Shown in pieces: positions 38,026 through 48,513 of a DNA stretch of 64,000 nucleotides (positions within the stretch are counted from its first letter, which is position 1; each line of letters starts with the position of its first letter). This DNA comes from an uncultured Thermoplasmatales archaeon. GTDB lineage: Archaea; Thermoplasmatota; E2; UBA202; DSCA01. Under the pieces are notes generated by a model. That model had not been told where the DNA came from. It was given only the letters and a program-made list of their open reading frames with translations, and searched no databases. The DNA lies in the NCBI GenBank assembly GCA_964514975.1, contig CAZESS010000005.1, forward strand, positions 1-64,000, read 5' to 3'. The position numbers were made by a program, and so were the translations under genes.

Positions 38026-39090
38026 CTACAGGTTGAGGATGTCCTCGATGAGGTCGAGGAGCCCGTAGATGTCCTGGACCTGCCAGTCGCCCATGTGCCC
38101 GATGCGGAACGTTTTTTCCTTCAGGTCGCCGTAGCCGTTGGATATGCGGACGTAGTGCTTTGCCAGCTCATCGGACAGCGACGCGACGGATATATCGCGG
38201 GTGTTCTCGATGCAGGTAAGGGTCTTTGACCAGTATCCTTTCTCGGGGTAGATGTCGAAATATTTTTGTGCCCATTCCTGGACGATGGCGGCCATCTGCT
38301 CATGCCGCTCGAAGCGACGCTCGATGCCCTCCTCGTTGACGATGTGGTCGAGCTGCGCGTCGAGGGCGAACAGCTGCGAGATAGCCGGTGTGACACGGGT
38401 CTGGTTGCGCTTGTGATATTTGTACAGCAGCGGAATGTTGAAATAGTAGCCCCTGTCGAGTTCCTCGGCCCGCTGCAGCATGTCGTCGCTGACCGCGGCG
38501 ACCGCGATGCCCGACGGCAGGGCGAAGCATTTCTGAACGCCGGCGAGCACCATGTCGATGCCGAGCCGGTCGACCGCTATTTTTGCGCCGCTCATCGCGG
38601 AGACGGCGTCGACGAGCAGCAGGACGTCGGGATAGTTGCTGACGACCTCGGCGATTTCCTCGAGGGGGTTCATCATGCCGACCGAGGTTTCGTTGTAGAC
38701 CAGCGTCACCGCATCATATTTGCCGGTGTCGAGCTGCTCCTCGACCATGTCTGGCTTGATGGCGGTGTCCCAGTCCAGCGTGAACGCATCGCAGGGAATG
38801 CCGTTCTTTTCGGTTATCTGGTGCCACCGCCTGGAGAACGCGCCGTTGACCAGGTTGAGACATCTGTCGCGGACGCCGTTGACCACGGCAGCTTCCATCG
38901 CCCCGGTCGATGAGGAGGTCATCATGAGCACGGGGTTGTCGGTGTAGAGCAGCTGCTGCATCTTGGACTGGATCGATGCATACAGCTCCCCGAACTCCTT
39001 TGACCGATGATGTATCTGTGGCGTGGACATGGCCTGCAGCAACTCCTCACGGACCTCTGTGGGGCCGGGCGTAAACAGTTTCTGGTGCAT
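38026..39090 (-). CDS. Class V PLP aminotransferase (serine-pyruvate/phosphoserine aminotransferase-like)
   Basis: LFTPGPT, HHRS, NETSVG, VDAVSA, GVQKCFALPSG, FRIGHMG. Confidence 0.9.
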   Translation of the reverse strand: MHQKLFTPGPTEVREELLQAMSTPQIHHRSKEFGELYASIQSKMQQLLYTDNPVLMMTSSSTGAMEAAVVNGVRDRCLNLVNGAFSRRWHQITEKNGIPCDAFTLDWDTAIKPDMVEEQLDTGKYDAVTLVYNETSVGMMNPLEEIAEVVSNYPDVLLLVDAVSAMSGAKIAVDRLGIDMVLAGVQKCFALPSGIAVAAVSDDMLQRAEELDRGYYFNIPLLYKYHKRNQTRVTPAISQLFALDAQLDHIVNEEGIERRFERHEQMAAIVQEWAQKYFDIYPEKGYWSKTLTCIENTRDISVASLSDELAKHYVRISNGYGDLKEKTFRIGHMGDWQVQDIYGLLDLIEDILNL

Positions 39091-39219
39091 GGCAGGAGTA
39101 TAAAAAAATATTACTTAAAATTTCCCTCTGTCCCTGAAGCATGGCAGGCATAAAAACCGGCCCGCCACATCAGTTAATTTTAAATATATCCGGAACATGT
39201 ATCTAATGGAGGTCATAGA

Positions 39220-42200
39220 ATGACAAAACACAAGGCAAAAGCGGCATTGGGTATATTGGTGGCGATATTGATGATAGGGTCAGGTATCGCGGCCATTCCA
39301 ATGACCGGCCATGAACAGCATGTGCAGTCCTCACCTGACGAGCCGACCGAAACCGTTGACATGAAATCCAACGATGACGGCGACGATGCTCCCTACATCC
39401 TTGACCAGTCCGTCCGCGAGGTGCCGGAATCGCAGAACGCGGCACTGGACGGCGACGAAAACGACATGAACACGCACACCGACGCGGGTAACAACATCTA
39501 CGGAGCATTTCCCCTTTATCCGGGCGAGCCACACGACGAGGCACCGGGCAGAGGAACCGAGGGACAGCTCGACCCCCAGGGAGATGAAATAGACTGGTAC
39601 TACTTCGCTGTCGGTGAAGGACAGACAATCGATGCATCCATCTCGGCGTTCCAGATGGAGCTGATGGATTCCGGCGGCGAAAACGTCATTGCATCCGGGA
39701 GCTCGTTCAGCGTCACCGCAACCCGGACGGGCAACTACTACCTGCGTGTCTACGCCCCCGAGGGTGCCAGCGCGGGTACCTACCAGCTCGACGTCAGCTT
39801 AAGCGGGCAGAACGACGGCGGCTCGGGCGGCGACGCCGGCGACAGCATGGGCAGCGCGACGTCTATCTCGCCCGGCACCTACCTGGGCTACCTGGACAGC
39901 AACGACTGGTCCGACTGGTACAGCTTCCAGGCGACCTCGGGCCAGGGCATCACGATAGACCTGGCGGTCGAGGCACTCAAATCAGACTTCGACATGCATC
40001 TCTACAACCCCAACGGGGAACTCGTCCATGAGGCGATGTACTATGGAGGAGACGACACCCTTGAATATCCGGCTGACATGTCGGGAACCTGGACGCTGGA
40101 AGTCGACATCTGGCCCGGCTGGGACGAGTCGAAATGGCCGGATGACTACTTCCTTTACGGCTCCGGCCCCTACGAGCTGACGCTCAGCCTCGGCGGCTCC
40201 GTTGAATCACCGCCCGGTCCGGTTCCGCAGCCCGACGTGAAGCCGATTGCGCAGACCTTCAAGATCAACGACGACCCCACCAGCAACAAGGACGAGTTTG
40301 GCTACCTGGCAGCGGTGCCGGCGGCCAACTATCTCGACGGCGGCGAGCGCTACGTGTCACCCATCGTGTATCAGGGCGACGACAGCAAGACCTGGTGGTA
40401 CGGCACCGTCGACGATACGACGCAGTATCTGCTCGACGACTGGAACACCTATCTGGACCGCCATGGCATGACCGCGGATGAGTACACGGTGCCCTCCGAC
40501 CCCATAACGGCGGCGGCGCAAATCGCTACGGACAAATGGAGTTCCGCTGACACGGCCATCGTGGTTCCCGACGGCAGCAACGGCGAGATGGATGACACCG
40601 TTAACACGGTCGTCGACACGAGCGTGTCGCTCAGCACGTCTCCGAGCCAGATGCGGCTGTCGCCGGACGACTCCCGGTTTAAGAACGTTGACGGCAAGAG
40701 CGCCGTTCCCATGTTCCTGGGCTCCAGCGTCGGCGGCATTTACATGGAAGCCTCAGGCGACGGATTCACCGGCGACACCGGTCTGATCACCCCGCGCTAT
40801 GAAAACGTGCAGGAGGACTGGTGGCCGCATCCGTATGACGGAAGCGGGCCCGACTCCGACACCTTCTATCCCGTTATCCTGCCCGGGTTCTATGCACCAT
40901 ATGTCACCAACACACGGGGCATGAACCAGCTCACCATCAGCAAGTATCCGGGACAGCGGTTCAGCATCCCCGTTGATAGCCCGCAATCAAGCATCAACGT
41001 CACCGTCACGACGGACAGCCCGTCCTCCGTGATGGTCTACCTCGTCGACCCTGAAGGCGTTGTCCGGCGGCCGAACCTGCCGCACTGGGTCGGTACCCCC
41101 GAGCCGATACATCACTGGAACGGCGGCCACTGGCAGCACAACTTTGACGAGTTCCGCAAGTGGCGACCCGAGCCGTCGACGACGCGCTCGGTCGAGGTGT
41201 CCAACCCGAGCGCCGGCACCTGGAAGGCCGTCGTGGTGCAGCATCCCACGGGACAGGCAACCGGTTCGCTGAACGTCCATGTGACCGCGGAGGTCAGGGA
41301 GCACAACCCCGACCGATGCAACGCGGAGCTGTCGGCGGCGAACGGGGCAGTGCTCGCCTCGCTCAACCATGCGCCGCTGCTCTACGTGAGCGCTGACGGC
41401 GTTCCCTCGGAAACCCAGAGCGCCCTCGACGAACTCGGTGTGGGTAACATCATCTTCGTGAACATCGGCGGTGTGAGCAGCGCCGACGTCGGCGCCTCGA
41501 CGACCTATACGACGATGCAGGAGGTCGTGGACGCCATCAAGGACTACGAGGCATCTGAGAACTTCATCACGGTGACGTCGCTCGCCTCGTTGAAGGGATT
41601 CTTCGCACCCGCGGCCATGATAGCTGCCTACCACGGCAGCCCGGTCTTCGACATCGGCATGGAGGCCCCGCAGGCGGTCAACTATCTCGACAAGGGACGC
41701 GTGACCACCTATGAGGCGGGCGACTACTATCACGGCTGCCTCGCAACGGGCCATCTGCACAAGATGGGCGAGCCGTTTGAGCTGATGCAGGCGCTCAAAA
41801 ACCTCGTCCAGGACCAGGAGCTGCCGCCGATTGGCTTCGACCAGCACAAGCGATGGTTCGGTGGAGCGCAGGAGGCCATCTATGCGGGTATCACCGACCG
41901 GTACGGCCTTGACCTTGAGGGCAAGGAGGCGTACATGTTCGTGGCGGACCGTGAGCAAGACATCCGCGACCCCGTCACCATGGTGATGAGCGGCAACGAG
42001 TCATTTGCCGGTCATTTCATGCTCCGGAACGTGGCGCTTGACACCGCGCAGATATGCCGAAGCATCCTGTATCCCGCAGTCATCTACGCAAACCCCGGCA
42101 GGGATGTGACGACGTCGATGCTGATGAACTTCCCCGACGGCAGGTCGTGGACGACCAACGACGGCGTATCGCATTCGGTCAAGTCCTCGCAGCGGGTGAA

Positions 42201-42903
42201 GGAAAGCTTCAGCTCCCACAAGCGCTTCTATGAGGGCCATTGCATCTGGGATAACATGCTTGAGCGGTACAACAAGGGCGCGGCGGTGAGCTACTACTCG
42301 GGTCACGGCACGGGCGGCTCCGGTATTTCCTTCCAGTGGAAGAACATCGCCGAGCAGTTCCCCTACGTGGAGCTCAAACATGAGGATCTTAAGGATTTCG
42401 ACTGGTGGGACGGCTGGCGCGGCTACATGTATGATGACACCCGGACGAAGACCCCGCGATGGGGCGGCTTCACCTGGTACAACGCCGTGGAGCCCAACCT
42501 GTACGACCTGGTCCATTTCAAATATGTGGACGAGTACTTTGAGAACCTGCACAGCGAGATAGACCTGTGGATGTCCTGTACGACGGCGTCGCACATGGGA
42601 CCGAACATCTATCTCGAGCACGGCGCCGCTCTCTACTACGGCAACGGCGGTACGGGCCTGTGCCCGCAGGCGGACCTCCTCGATGATAACATGATGCACA
42701 GCCTGATGGTCGAGGGCAAGAGCATCGGCGATGCGTTCTCCGACGAGGTCTGGCTGCATCAGCGTGATTTCACCACCGACGACCCGACGGCGATGTACGG
42801 CAGTTCCTCGATGCAGGTGACGAACATCCAGATGATTTTCGGCGACCCGACGATGACGGTGTACAGCCCCGAGTGGTCCGAGCCGACGCCGGTTGCGCCA
42901 TAG
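39220..42903 (+). CDS. Large secreted protein: PPC-like domains, cell-wall-binding-2-like segments and C-terminal divergent C25/caspase-fold domain
   Basis: GGAGG RBS; signal peptide; DWYYF/DWYSF...DFDMHLYNPNG (PPC); ASLNHAPLLYV...VPSETQSALDELGVGNIIFVNIGG; YSGHG, WMSC, IFGDPTM. Confidence 0.7.
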   Translation: MTKHKAKAALGILVAILMIGSGIAAIPMTGHEQHVQSSPDEPTETVDMKSNDDGDDAPYILDQSVREVPESQNAALDGDENDMNTHTDAGNNIYGAFPLYPGEPHDEAPGRGTEGQLDPQGDEIDWYYFAVGEGQTIDASISAFQMELMDSGGENVIASGSSFSVTATRTGNYYLRVYAPEGASAGTYQLDVSLSGQNDGGSGGDAGDSMGSATSISPGTYLGYLDSNDWSDWYSFQATSGQGITIDLAVEALKSDFDMHLYNPNGELVHEAMYYGGDDTLEYPADMSGTWTLEVDIWPGWDESKWPDDYFLYGSGPYELTLSLGGSVESPPGPVPQPDVKPIAQTFKINDDPTSNKDEFGYLAAVPAANYLDGGERYVSPIVYQGDDSKTWWYGTVDDTTQYLLDDWNTYLDRHGMTADEYTVPSDPITAAAQIATDKWSSADTAIVVPDGSNGEMDDTVNTVVDTSVSLSTSPSQMRLSPDDSRFKNVDGKSAVPMFLGSSVGGIYMEASGDGFTGDTGLITPRYENVQEDWWPHPYDGSGPDSDTFYPVILPGFYAPYVTNTRGMNQLTISKYPGQRFSIPVDSPQSSINVTVTTDSPSSVMVYLVDPEGVVRRPNLPHWVGTPEPIHHWNGGHWQHNFDEFRKWRPEPSTTRSVEVSNPSAGTWKAVVVQHPTGQATGSLNVHVTAEVREHNPDRCNAELSAANGAVLASLNHAPLLYVSADGVPSETQSALDELGVGNIIFVNIGGVSSADVGASTTYTTMQEVVDAIKDYEASENFITVTSLASLKGFFAPAAMIAAYHGSPVFDIGMEAPQAVNYLDKGRVTTYEAGDYYHGCLATGHLHKMGEPFELMQALKNLVQDQELPPIGFDQHKRWFGGAQEAIYAGITDRYGLDLEGKEAYMFVADREQDIRDPVTMVMSGNESFAGHFMLRNVALDTAQICRSILYPAVIYANPGRDVTTSMLMNFPDGRSWTTNDGVSHSVKSSQRVKESFSSHKRFYEGHCIWDNMLERYNKGAAVSYYSGHGTGGSGISFQWKNIAEQFPYVELKHEDLKDFDWWDGWRGYMYDDTRTKTPRWGGFTWYNAVEPNLYDLVHFKYVDEYFENLHSEIDLWMSCTTASHMGPNIYLEHGAALYYGNGGTGLCPQADLLDDNMMHSLMVEGKSIGDAFSDEVWLHQRDFTTDDPTAMYGSSSMQVTNIQMIFGDPTMTVYSPEWSEPTPVAP

Positions 42904-42923
42904 GCACATCTCTCTTCTCCCTC

Positions 42924-42952
42924 TTTTTTCTCAATTTTTTTGTTTTTTTTTT
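42924..42952 (+). terminator. Oligo-T terminator
   Basis: TTTTTTCTCAATTTTTTTGTTTTTTTTTT just after stop 42903. Confidence 0.65.
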
Positions 42953-43012
42953 GTCTGGTTTGTGCTCAATCCATAGATATATAAATAAACGATTGTTAAT
43001 GACATGGTGAGT

Positions 43013-44530
43013 ATGAAACGGAAAGCCATCTTCCTGGCCCTCGTCCTGCTGGCCGCGTCGACCTCCGGCGTTGCAGGGATCGAAGCCACATCCCCTGATG
43101 AAACACCCGCTGAAGCCACCATCGATATGGCCTCCCGCAGCTCCGCGCAGCACGCGGCGAACGACACATGGGCGATAGAGATGGTTGACTCCCTGGGAAA
43201 AACCGGGCAGCATACCGACATCGCCTGCCGCCGGGATGGCACCGTTTTCATATCCTATCACGACTTCCTGGACGAAGACCTCTGTTGTGCCTACAGCGAC
43301 GGAGGTGCATGGGAGGTCGACACGGTCGACGCCGAGGGGGCTGTCGGTACCTATACCTCAATCGACATGGGCAGCGACGGCCAGCCATGCATCAGCTACT
43401 ATGACGAAACAAACGGGGACCTCAGGTATGCCGTGAGAGGCAGCAATGGATGGCAGGTGGAAACGGCGGACAGCACGGGCGACGTGGGGAGATATGCATC
43501 GCTCGCCGTCGACGGGCAGGGCATCCCACACATCGTGTACTACGATGCAACCACCCGGAACCTGAAATATGCCACCCGCGGCGATGGAAGCTGGCACACC
43601 GAGACCGTGGCATCGGACGGCGACTCGGGGAGATACGCAGCAATAGCCCTCGACAGCCAGGGCACACCGCACTGCACCTATGGCCGCGATGAAACCACGC
43701 TGCTCTATGCGCATCGAAGCGCCACCGGGTGGGAAACCAGCCAGGTGGAAAGCGACATAAAGCTGTTCGAGTCAACGGCCATCACCATCATGGACGGCAC
43801 CTGCCACATCGGCTACTTCGACACCTCAGACGACACCGACTGGCGTCTGAAATATGCGAACGGTGCCGGCGGAGCATGGACCATCGAGGTGGTGAACCCC
43901 AACATCTATGGATTCTGGAACGAGCGGGGGCTCGACATCGTCGCCCGGAACGACGTCGTCCACATCGGCTATTTCCACTGGGATGACTGGAACGTCGGCT
44001 ACGCCTACCGGTATGACGGCAGATGGATAACCGAGATCGTGGAACGCCAGGGCGACGTGGGTGCCTTCGCCGCCATCGCGCTGGACAGCCAGGGATACCC
44101 ACGGATGAGCTACATGGACAGAAGCAACCTCGGCCTCAAATACGCCCGGAAAACAGCGTATGCACCGGCGACACCTGCGAAACCCAACGGGGTCGAACGG
44201 GGGCGGACCGGCAGCGAGTACACCTATGCCACCGCAACCGGCGACCTGGACGGCGACGACGTGCAATACGGATGGGACTGGAACGGCGACCAAGAGGTCG
44301 ACGAATGGACCACACCCGTGGCGTCGGGAGCCGAGATAGAGACCGCCCATGTATGGGACAGCGATGGCGCATACACGGTGCGCGTGAAGGCACGGGACGG
44401 CACCGGGCTGGAAAGCGACTGGTCGCAGCCGTTGCAGGTATCCATGCCCTACCGCTCCATTTCATGTACCATGACGCTGTGGCGCTGGCTGTTCCAGCAT
44501 CTGCCATTCCTCTCCCCGTTGTTTATGTAG
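43013..44530 (+). CDS. Secreted beta-propeller protein with C-terminal PKD-like domain and amphipathic tail
   Basis: Signal peptide; repeats VG.Y.S(I/L)A.D..G.PHI.YYD....LKYA....W..E.VD; PAKPNG...WDWNGD...HVW...G.Y.VRVKARD...SDWSQPLQVSMP. Confidence 0.8.
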   Translation: MKRKAIFLALVLLAASTSGVAGIEATSPDETPAEATIDMASRSSAQHAANDTWAIEMVDSLGKTGQHTDIACRRDGTVFISYHDFLDEDLCCAYSDGGAWEVDTVDAEGAVGTYTSIDMGSDGQPCISYYDETNGDLRYAVRGSNGWQVETADSTGDVGRYASLAVDGQGIPHIVYYDATTRNLKYATRGDGSWHTETVASDGDSGRYAAIALDSQGTPHCTYGRDETTLLYAHRSATGWETSQVESDIKLFESTAITIMDGTCHIGYFDTSDDTDWRLKYANGAGGAWTIEVVNPNIYGFWNERGLDIVARNDVVHIGYFHWDDWNVGYAYRYDGRWITEIVERQGDVGAFAAIALDSQGYPRMSYMDRSNLGLKYARKTAYAPATPAKPNGVERGRTGSEYTYATATGDLDGDDVQYGWDWNGDQEVDEWTTPVASGAEIETAHVWDSDGAYTVRVKARDGTGLESDWSQPLQVSMPYRSISCTMTLWRWLFQHLPFLSPLFM

Positions 44531-44763
44531 CCGCCTCCGGGGAAATCGAATGATTTTTCAAAAGGAGATGCGTGTCTGGCTGACAGACAGCTAATAAAGC
44601 TTAAATATGTTCGCCTCATTATCCAACAGTGGCAATACATCGGAGGGGCGGTTGCCACGGTATTTTACCACCTCCATCTCCCAGCCCCTCCATTTTACAC
44701 TCTACCGTCGGGAAGCGACATGCACTGCAACAAATTTTATGAAAGCACCGCGCATTACCGGTT

Positions 44764-46374
44764 ATGATAGAGAAAACAATCGGCCAGCTGCTCGACGAAG
44801 CCGCTGACACCTATGCTGACCAGGATGCACTGGTCTATCTCGACGGACCACGCTATACCTACGAGGAGTTCAAGGACACCTGTGACCGGGTCGCGAAGGG
44901 CTTGCTCGAGATGGGCATCGAGCCGGGCGACCACGTCGCCGTATGGGGATACAACGTGCCCGAATGGGCTATCCTCCAGTTCGCCACCGCGAAAATCGGC
45001 GCCGTGCTGGTCACGGTCAACATCTACTACAAGGCACACGAGCTCGAATACCTGCTCAAGCAGTCGGATGCAAAGGCGCTGTTCCTCGTCGGCGGCTTCA
45101 AGGACGTCGACTACGTCGACACCGTCTACCGGATCGTCCCCGAGCTGCGCGAGGGCGAGCGGTCGGACAAGCTGCCGTATCTCGAGCACGTGGTGTTCAT
45201 GGGCGATGAACGACATGCAGGCATGTATACCTTCCCGGAGCTCATGGACATGGGCGAAGGGATGAGCGACGACGCACTCATAGAGGTGCAGGAGGGGCTT
45301 GACCCGCATGACACCATCAACATGCAGTATACCTCCGGCACGACTGGATTTCCCAAGGGCGTAATGCTCACCCATTACAACATCGTGAACAACGCATACT
45401 GGGTCGGCAGGTATCTCGACCTGGACAGCGACGACCGGATGTGTATCCCGGTGCCGTTTTTCCATTGCTTCGGCTGCGTGATGTCCACGCTCAACTGCGT
45501 GATATATGGCGCGACGATGGTTCCCATCCCGATTTTCGACGCCGGCGAGGTGCTCCGGGCCGTTGACCAGGAGCGATGCACGGTCATCCAGGGCGTGCCC
45601 ACCATGTTCATCCGGGAGCTCGACCATCCAGATTTCGATGATTATGACACGTCGTCGCTCCGCACCGGCATCATGGCCGGGGCCACCTGCCCCATGGAGG
45701 TCATGAAACGCGTCATGGACGACATGCACGTCGAGGAGATCACGATCTGCTACGGGCTGACCGAGGCATCACCGGTCATCACACAGACCAAGCGCGACGA
45801 CCCCATCGAAAAACGGGTGGAAACCGTGGGTAAAGCACATCCGCCGGTCGACGTAAAAATCATCGATCCCGAAACAGGCGAGGAGCAGCCGCCCGGCGAG
45901 CCCGGCGAGCTCATCGCCCGGGGCTACAACATCATGAAGGGCTACTACAAGATGCCCGATGCCACCGATGAGAGCATCGAGGACGGCTGGCTGCACACCA
46001 AGGACCTGGCGGAGATGGACGAGGACGGCTACATCAAAATCATCGGCCGGGTCGACGACATGATCATCCGGGGCGGCGAAAACGTCTACCCCCGCGAGAT
46101 AGAGGAGTTCCTGTACACCAACCCCAAGGTGAAGGACGTCGCGGTCGTCGGCGTACCCCACAAAGAATACGGCGAAGAGGTCGCCGCCTTCATTCAACTC
46201 CGCAAAGGCGAAACGGCGACGGAGGAAGAAATAAAGCAGTTCTGCCGGGACAACATCGCCCGGTACAAGATGCCGAAATACATCTTCCTCGTCGACGAGT
46301 TCCCCATGACCGCGAGCGGCAAAATCCAGAAATACAAGCTCAGGGACAGCGCCGAGGAACGGCTGCAGGGCTGA
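44764..46374 (+). CDS. AMP-binding acyl-CoA synthetase
   Basis: QYTSGTTGFPKGVMLTH, YGLTEASP, GWLHTKDL, IIRGGENVYPREIEE, PMTASGKIQK. Confidence 0.93.
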   Translation: MIEKTIGQLLDEAADTYADQDALVYLDGPRYTYEEFKDTCDRVAKGLLEMGIEPGDHVAVWGYNVPEWAILQFATAKIGAVLVTVNIYYKAHELEYLLKQSDAKALFLVGGFKDVDYVDTVYRIVPELREGERSDKLPYLEHVVFMGDERHAGMYTFPELMDMGEGMSDDALIEVQEGLDPHDTINMQYTSGTTGFPKGVMLTHYNIVNNAYWVGRYLDLDSDDRMCIPVPFFHCFGCVMSTLNCVIYGATMVPIPIFDAGEVLRAVDQERCTVIQGVPTMFIRELDHPDFDDYDTSSLRTGIMAGATCPMEVMKRVMDDMHVEEITICYGLTEASPVITQTKRDDPIEKRVETVGKAHPPVDVKIIDPETGEEQPPGEPGELIARGYNIMKGYYKMPDATDESIEDGWLHTKDLAEMDEDGYIKIIGRVDDMIIRGGENVYPREIEEFLYTNPKVKDVAVVGVPHKEYGEEVAAFIQLRKGETATEEEIKQFCRDNIARYKMPKYIFLVDEFPMTASGKIQKYKLRDSAEERLQG

Positions 46375-46376
46375 CC

Positions 46377-47087
46377 ATGCGCATCGCCCACCTCTCCGAC
46401 ATCCACTACAGCAAGAGCTGGATGTTTCTGCACGACAGCTTCCAGCGCTGCATCGACCTCGTGAACGAGGAGGCACCGGACCTCGTCATCGTCACCGGAG
46501 ACATCACCGACTACGGGCTGCAGCGGGAATTCCAGGGCGTCAAAAAGGAGCTGGAGCGCATCACAGCACCCTGCCTCATGGTCCCGGGCAATCATGACTC
46601 GCGGCATGAGGGATACAAAAAATTCGAAGAGCATTTCGGCCCGCGTTTTTTCACCGAGGGACACGGCGGATACCGGTTCGTCGGCATCGACAGCAGCGAG
46701 CCGGACATCGACGAGGGACATGTCGGCCGGGAGCAGATGAAATGGCTCGCCGGACAGCTCACCGACCGCTCCATCGTCTTCCTGCACCACCACCTGGTGC
46801 CAGTTCCCTACACGGGCAGGGAGCGGAACGTGCTGGTTGACGCCGGCGAGATGCTCCGGCTGCTCGACCGCCACGGCGTGCCGCTCGTGCTCAGCGGCCA
46901 CAAGCACGTGCCCTGGCTATGGAACCTGAACGGCATGGTGGTCTCGACGGCGGGCACCGTGTCCTGCGAGCGCACCGGCGCCCATCAGTCGTATGACCTC
47001 ATCGAGCTCACCGACGACATGATACACATAGACAAAATAAACATAGCCACGGGAGAACATACCCGCCATCGGGTCAGGCGCCGCTGA
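46377..47087 (+). CDS. Metallophosphoesterase (Icc/CpdA-like)
   Basis: HLSDIH, TGDIT, PGNHD, LHHH, SGHKH. Confidence 0.9.
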   Translation: MRIAHLSDIHYSKSWMFLHDSFQRCIDLVNEEAPDLVIVTGDITDYGLQREFQGVKKELERITAPCLMVPGNHDSRHEGYKKFEEHFGPRFFTEGHGGYRFVGIDSSEPDIDEGHVGREQMKWLAGQLTDRSIVFLHHHLVPVPYTGRERNVLVDAGEMLRLLDRHGVPLVLSGHKHVPWLWNLNGMVVSTAGTVSCERTGAHQSYDLIELTDDMIHIDKINIATGEHTRHRVRRR

Positions 47088-47145
47088 ACCGGCAAAAAGA
47101 GAAGGATATTTATAGCGACGGCAAAATAACCGGGGAAGGGATGCA

Positions 47146-48513
47146 ATGAGAGAGCCCAAAAAGCGCCTGTTTTCGAAGCATGAAATGGCCATCGTCGCCG
47201 CCGTAGCCGCCTGCATCATCGGCGTCGGCATCGTCAGCGCATTTCCAAACGGGCTGCATCTCTCCCCCTCATACGAGGTGCACTACACGGGCACCGACAC
47301 GACAGTGCTCCTCGGCGACATCGACATCGAGGGCGACATCACGGGCACCCTTGGACTGCACAACGTCACCAGGATGTATATCCCCACGGCGGGCTCGGTC
47401 ACCATCGACCCCGTCGGGAGCCCGGCGGAAACATTCACCGATATCTCGATAGCAATCCATGGCGGCGACGGAGCGATACAGGGCACCGTGAAAATACCCG
47501 ACCCGCTCACCCCTGGAGCAGCCCTGTACAACAGCAGCCTGGACGACACATGGATGTTCGCCGCGGAGTCCACCATGCTCGACCTATCAACGGGTGCCAC
47601 GGTCACCATGCACGATACATCTATCTCCGTGGACAACGGCTCATGGACCACAACGGGTGCCGTCTCCCTGTCCATGAACGAGCCGGCCAGCGCAACCGTC
47701 ATCACGGACCACTGCACGGTGTCATCTGACAACGTGGTGGAGCTTTCGGTGGAAAAACGTGCGGATTTCAACAACACGCTTCTCGACGTCCTTGGCGAGG
47801 GGCTGCCGTCGCTGCCCGTCTCGCTCGGCGGCGTCGCCGCCGTGCTGCCCGACAACGCAACAGCGATAACCGTGGACGGAGACACCAAAACATGTGACAA
47901 CGTGTCGCTGTTCAGGGGGTCGTGGACCGCTTCGTTCGGTGACACGGTGTCGCTGCAGGGGGACGCCCTCCTGGTGCTCATCGACACGTCGCTGTACAGC
48001 CCCGCAGACGCAGCGATATGGTTCATCCCCGACCAGCTGCTCGGGCTGTGGCCGCTCGCCATCGGCATCTGGCTGGTAGCCGCGCTGCTGCAACGGCGCT
48101 CCCATCGGGACCGGCCGGAATACGACCGGGAGCTGTACTGGCTGGCGGTCATTATCCATCTGCTGATACTCGCCGTGACGTTTTTCCTGTGGGATGCAGA
48201 GATACGCTATCTGTTTGGCACGAGCCTGTTCGACGTCGCGGTGAGCGCCGTCACGACGGGCGGGGTGTCGCTGGCCTCCCTGGCGATCATGCCGCTGGAA
48301 CTAGTTCCATGGTTTATCGGACTGGCATTTATCGCGCTGCCGGTCCGGGTCGTCCTGGCCGCGGTGTTCCGGCTGGTAGGCTTCGACACGCTCGGGGACG
48401 GTATCGCGAAGGGTATCGGATTGCTGGCGCTGCTGTTCATCGGCTCGCGCTACATCCCGTTTTTCCTGGATGCTACCGTGCTGGCGCTGCTGCAGGACAT
48501 GCTGGGGCTGTAG
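47146..48513 (+). CDS. Hypothetical membrane protein (N-terminal TM, beta-rich extracellular domain, 4-5 C-terminal TMs)
   Basis: Hydrophobicity pattern; typical codon usage. Confidence 0.7.
   Translation: MREPKKRLFSKHEMAIVAAVAACIIGVGIVSAFPNGLHLSPSYEVHYTGTDTTVLLGDIDIEGDITGTLGLHNVTRMYIPTAGSVTIDPVGSPAETFTDISIAIHGGDGAIQGTVKIPDPLTPGAALYNSSLDDTWMFAAESTMLDLSTGATVTMHDTSISVDNGSWTTTGAVSLSMNEPASATVITDHCTVSSDNVVELSVEKRADFNNTLLDVLGEGLPSLPVSLGGVAAVLPDNATAITVDGDTKTCDNVSLFRGSWTASFGDTVSLQGDALLVLIDTSLYSPADAAIWFIPDQLLGLWPLAIGIWLVAALLQRRSHRDRPEYDRELYWLAVIIHLLILAVTFFLWDAEIRYLFGTSLFDVAVSAVTTGGVSLASLAIMPLELVPWFIGLAFIALPVRVVLAAVFRLVGFDTLGDGIAKGIGLLALLFIGSRYIPFFLDATVLALLQDMLGL

Noticed and set aside
44629-44691. 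HDV-like ribozyme or fluoride riboswitch
   Set aside because: P1/P2 topology is present, but there is no P3-L3 or catalytic J4/2, and the crcB conserved nucleotides are absent.
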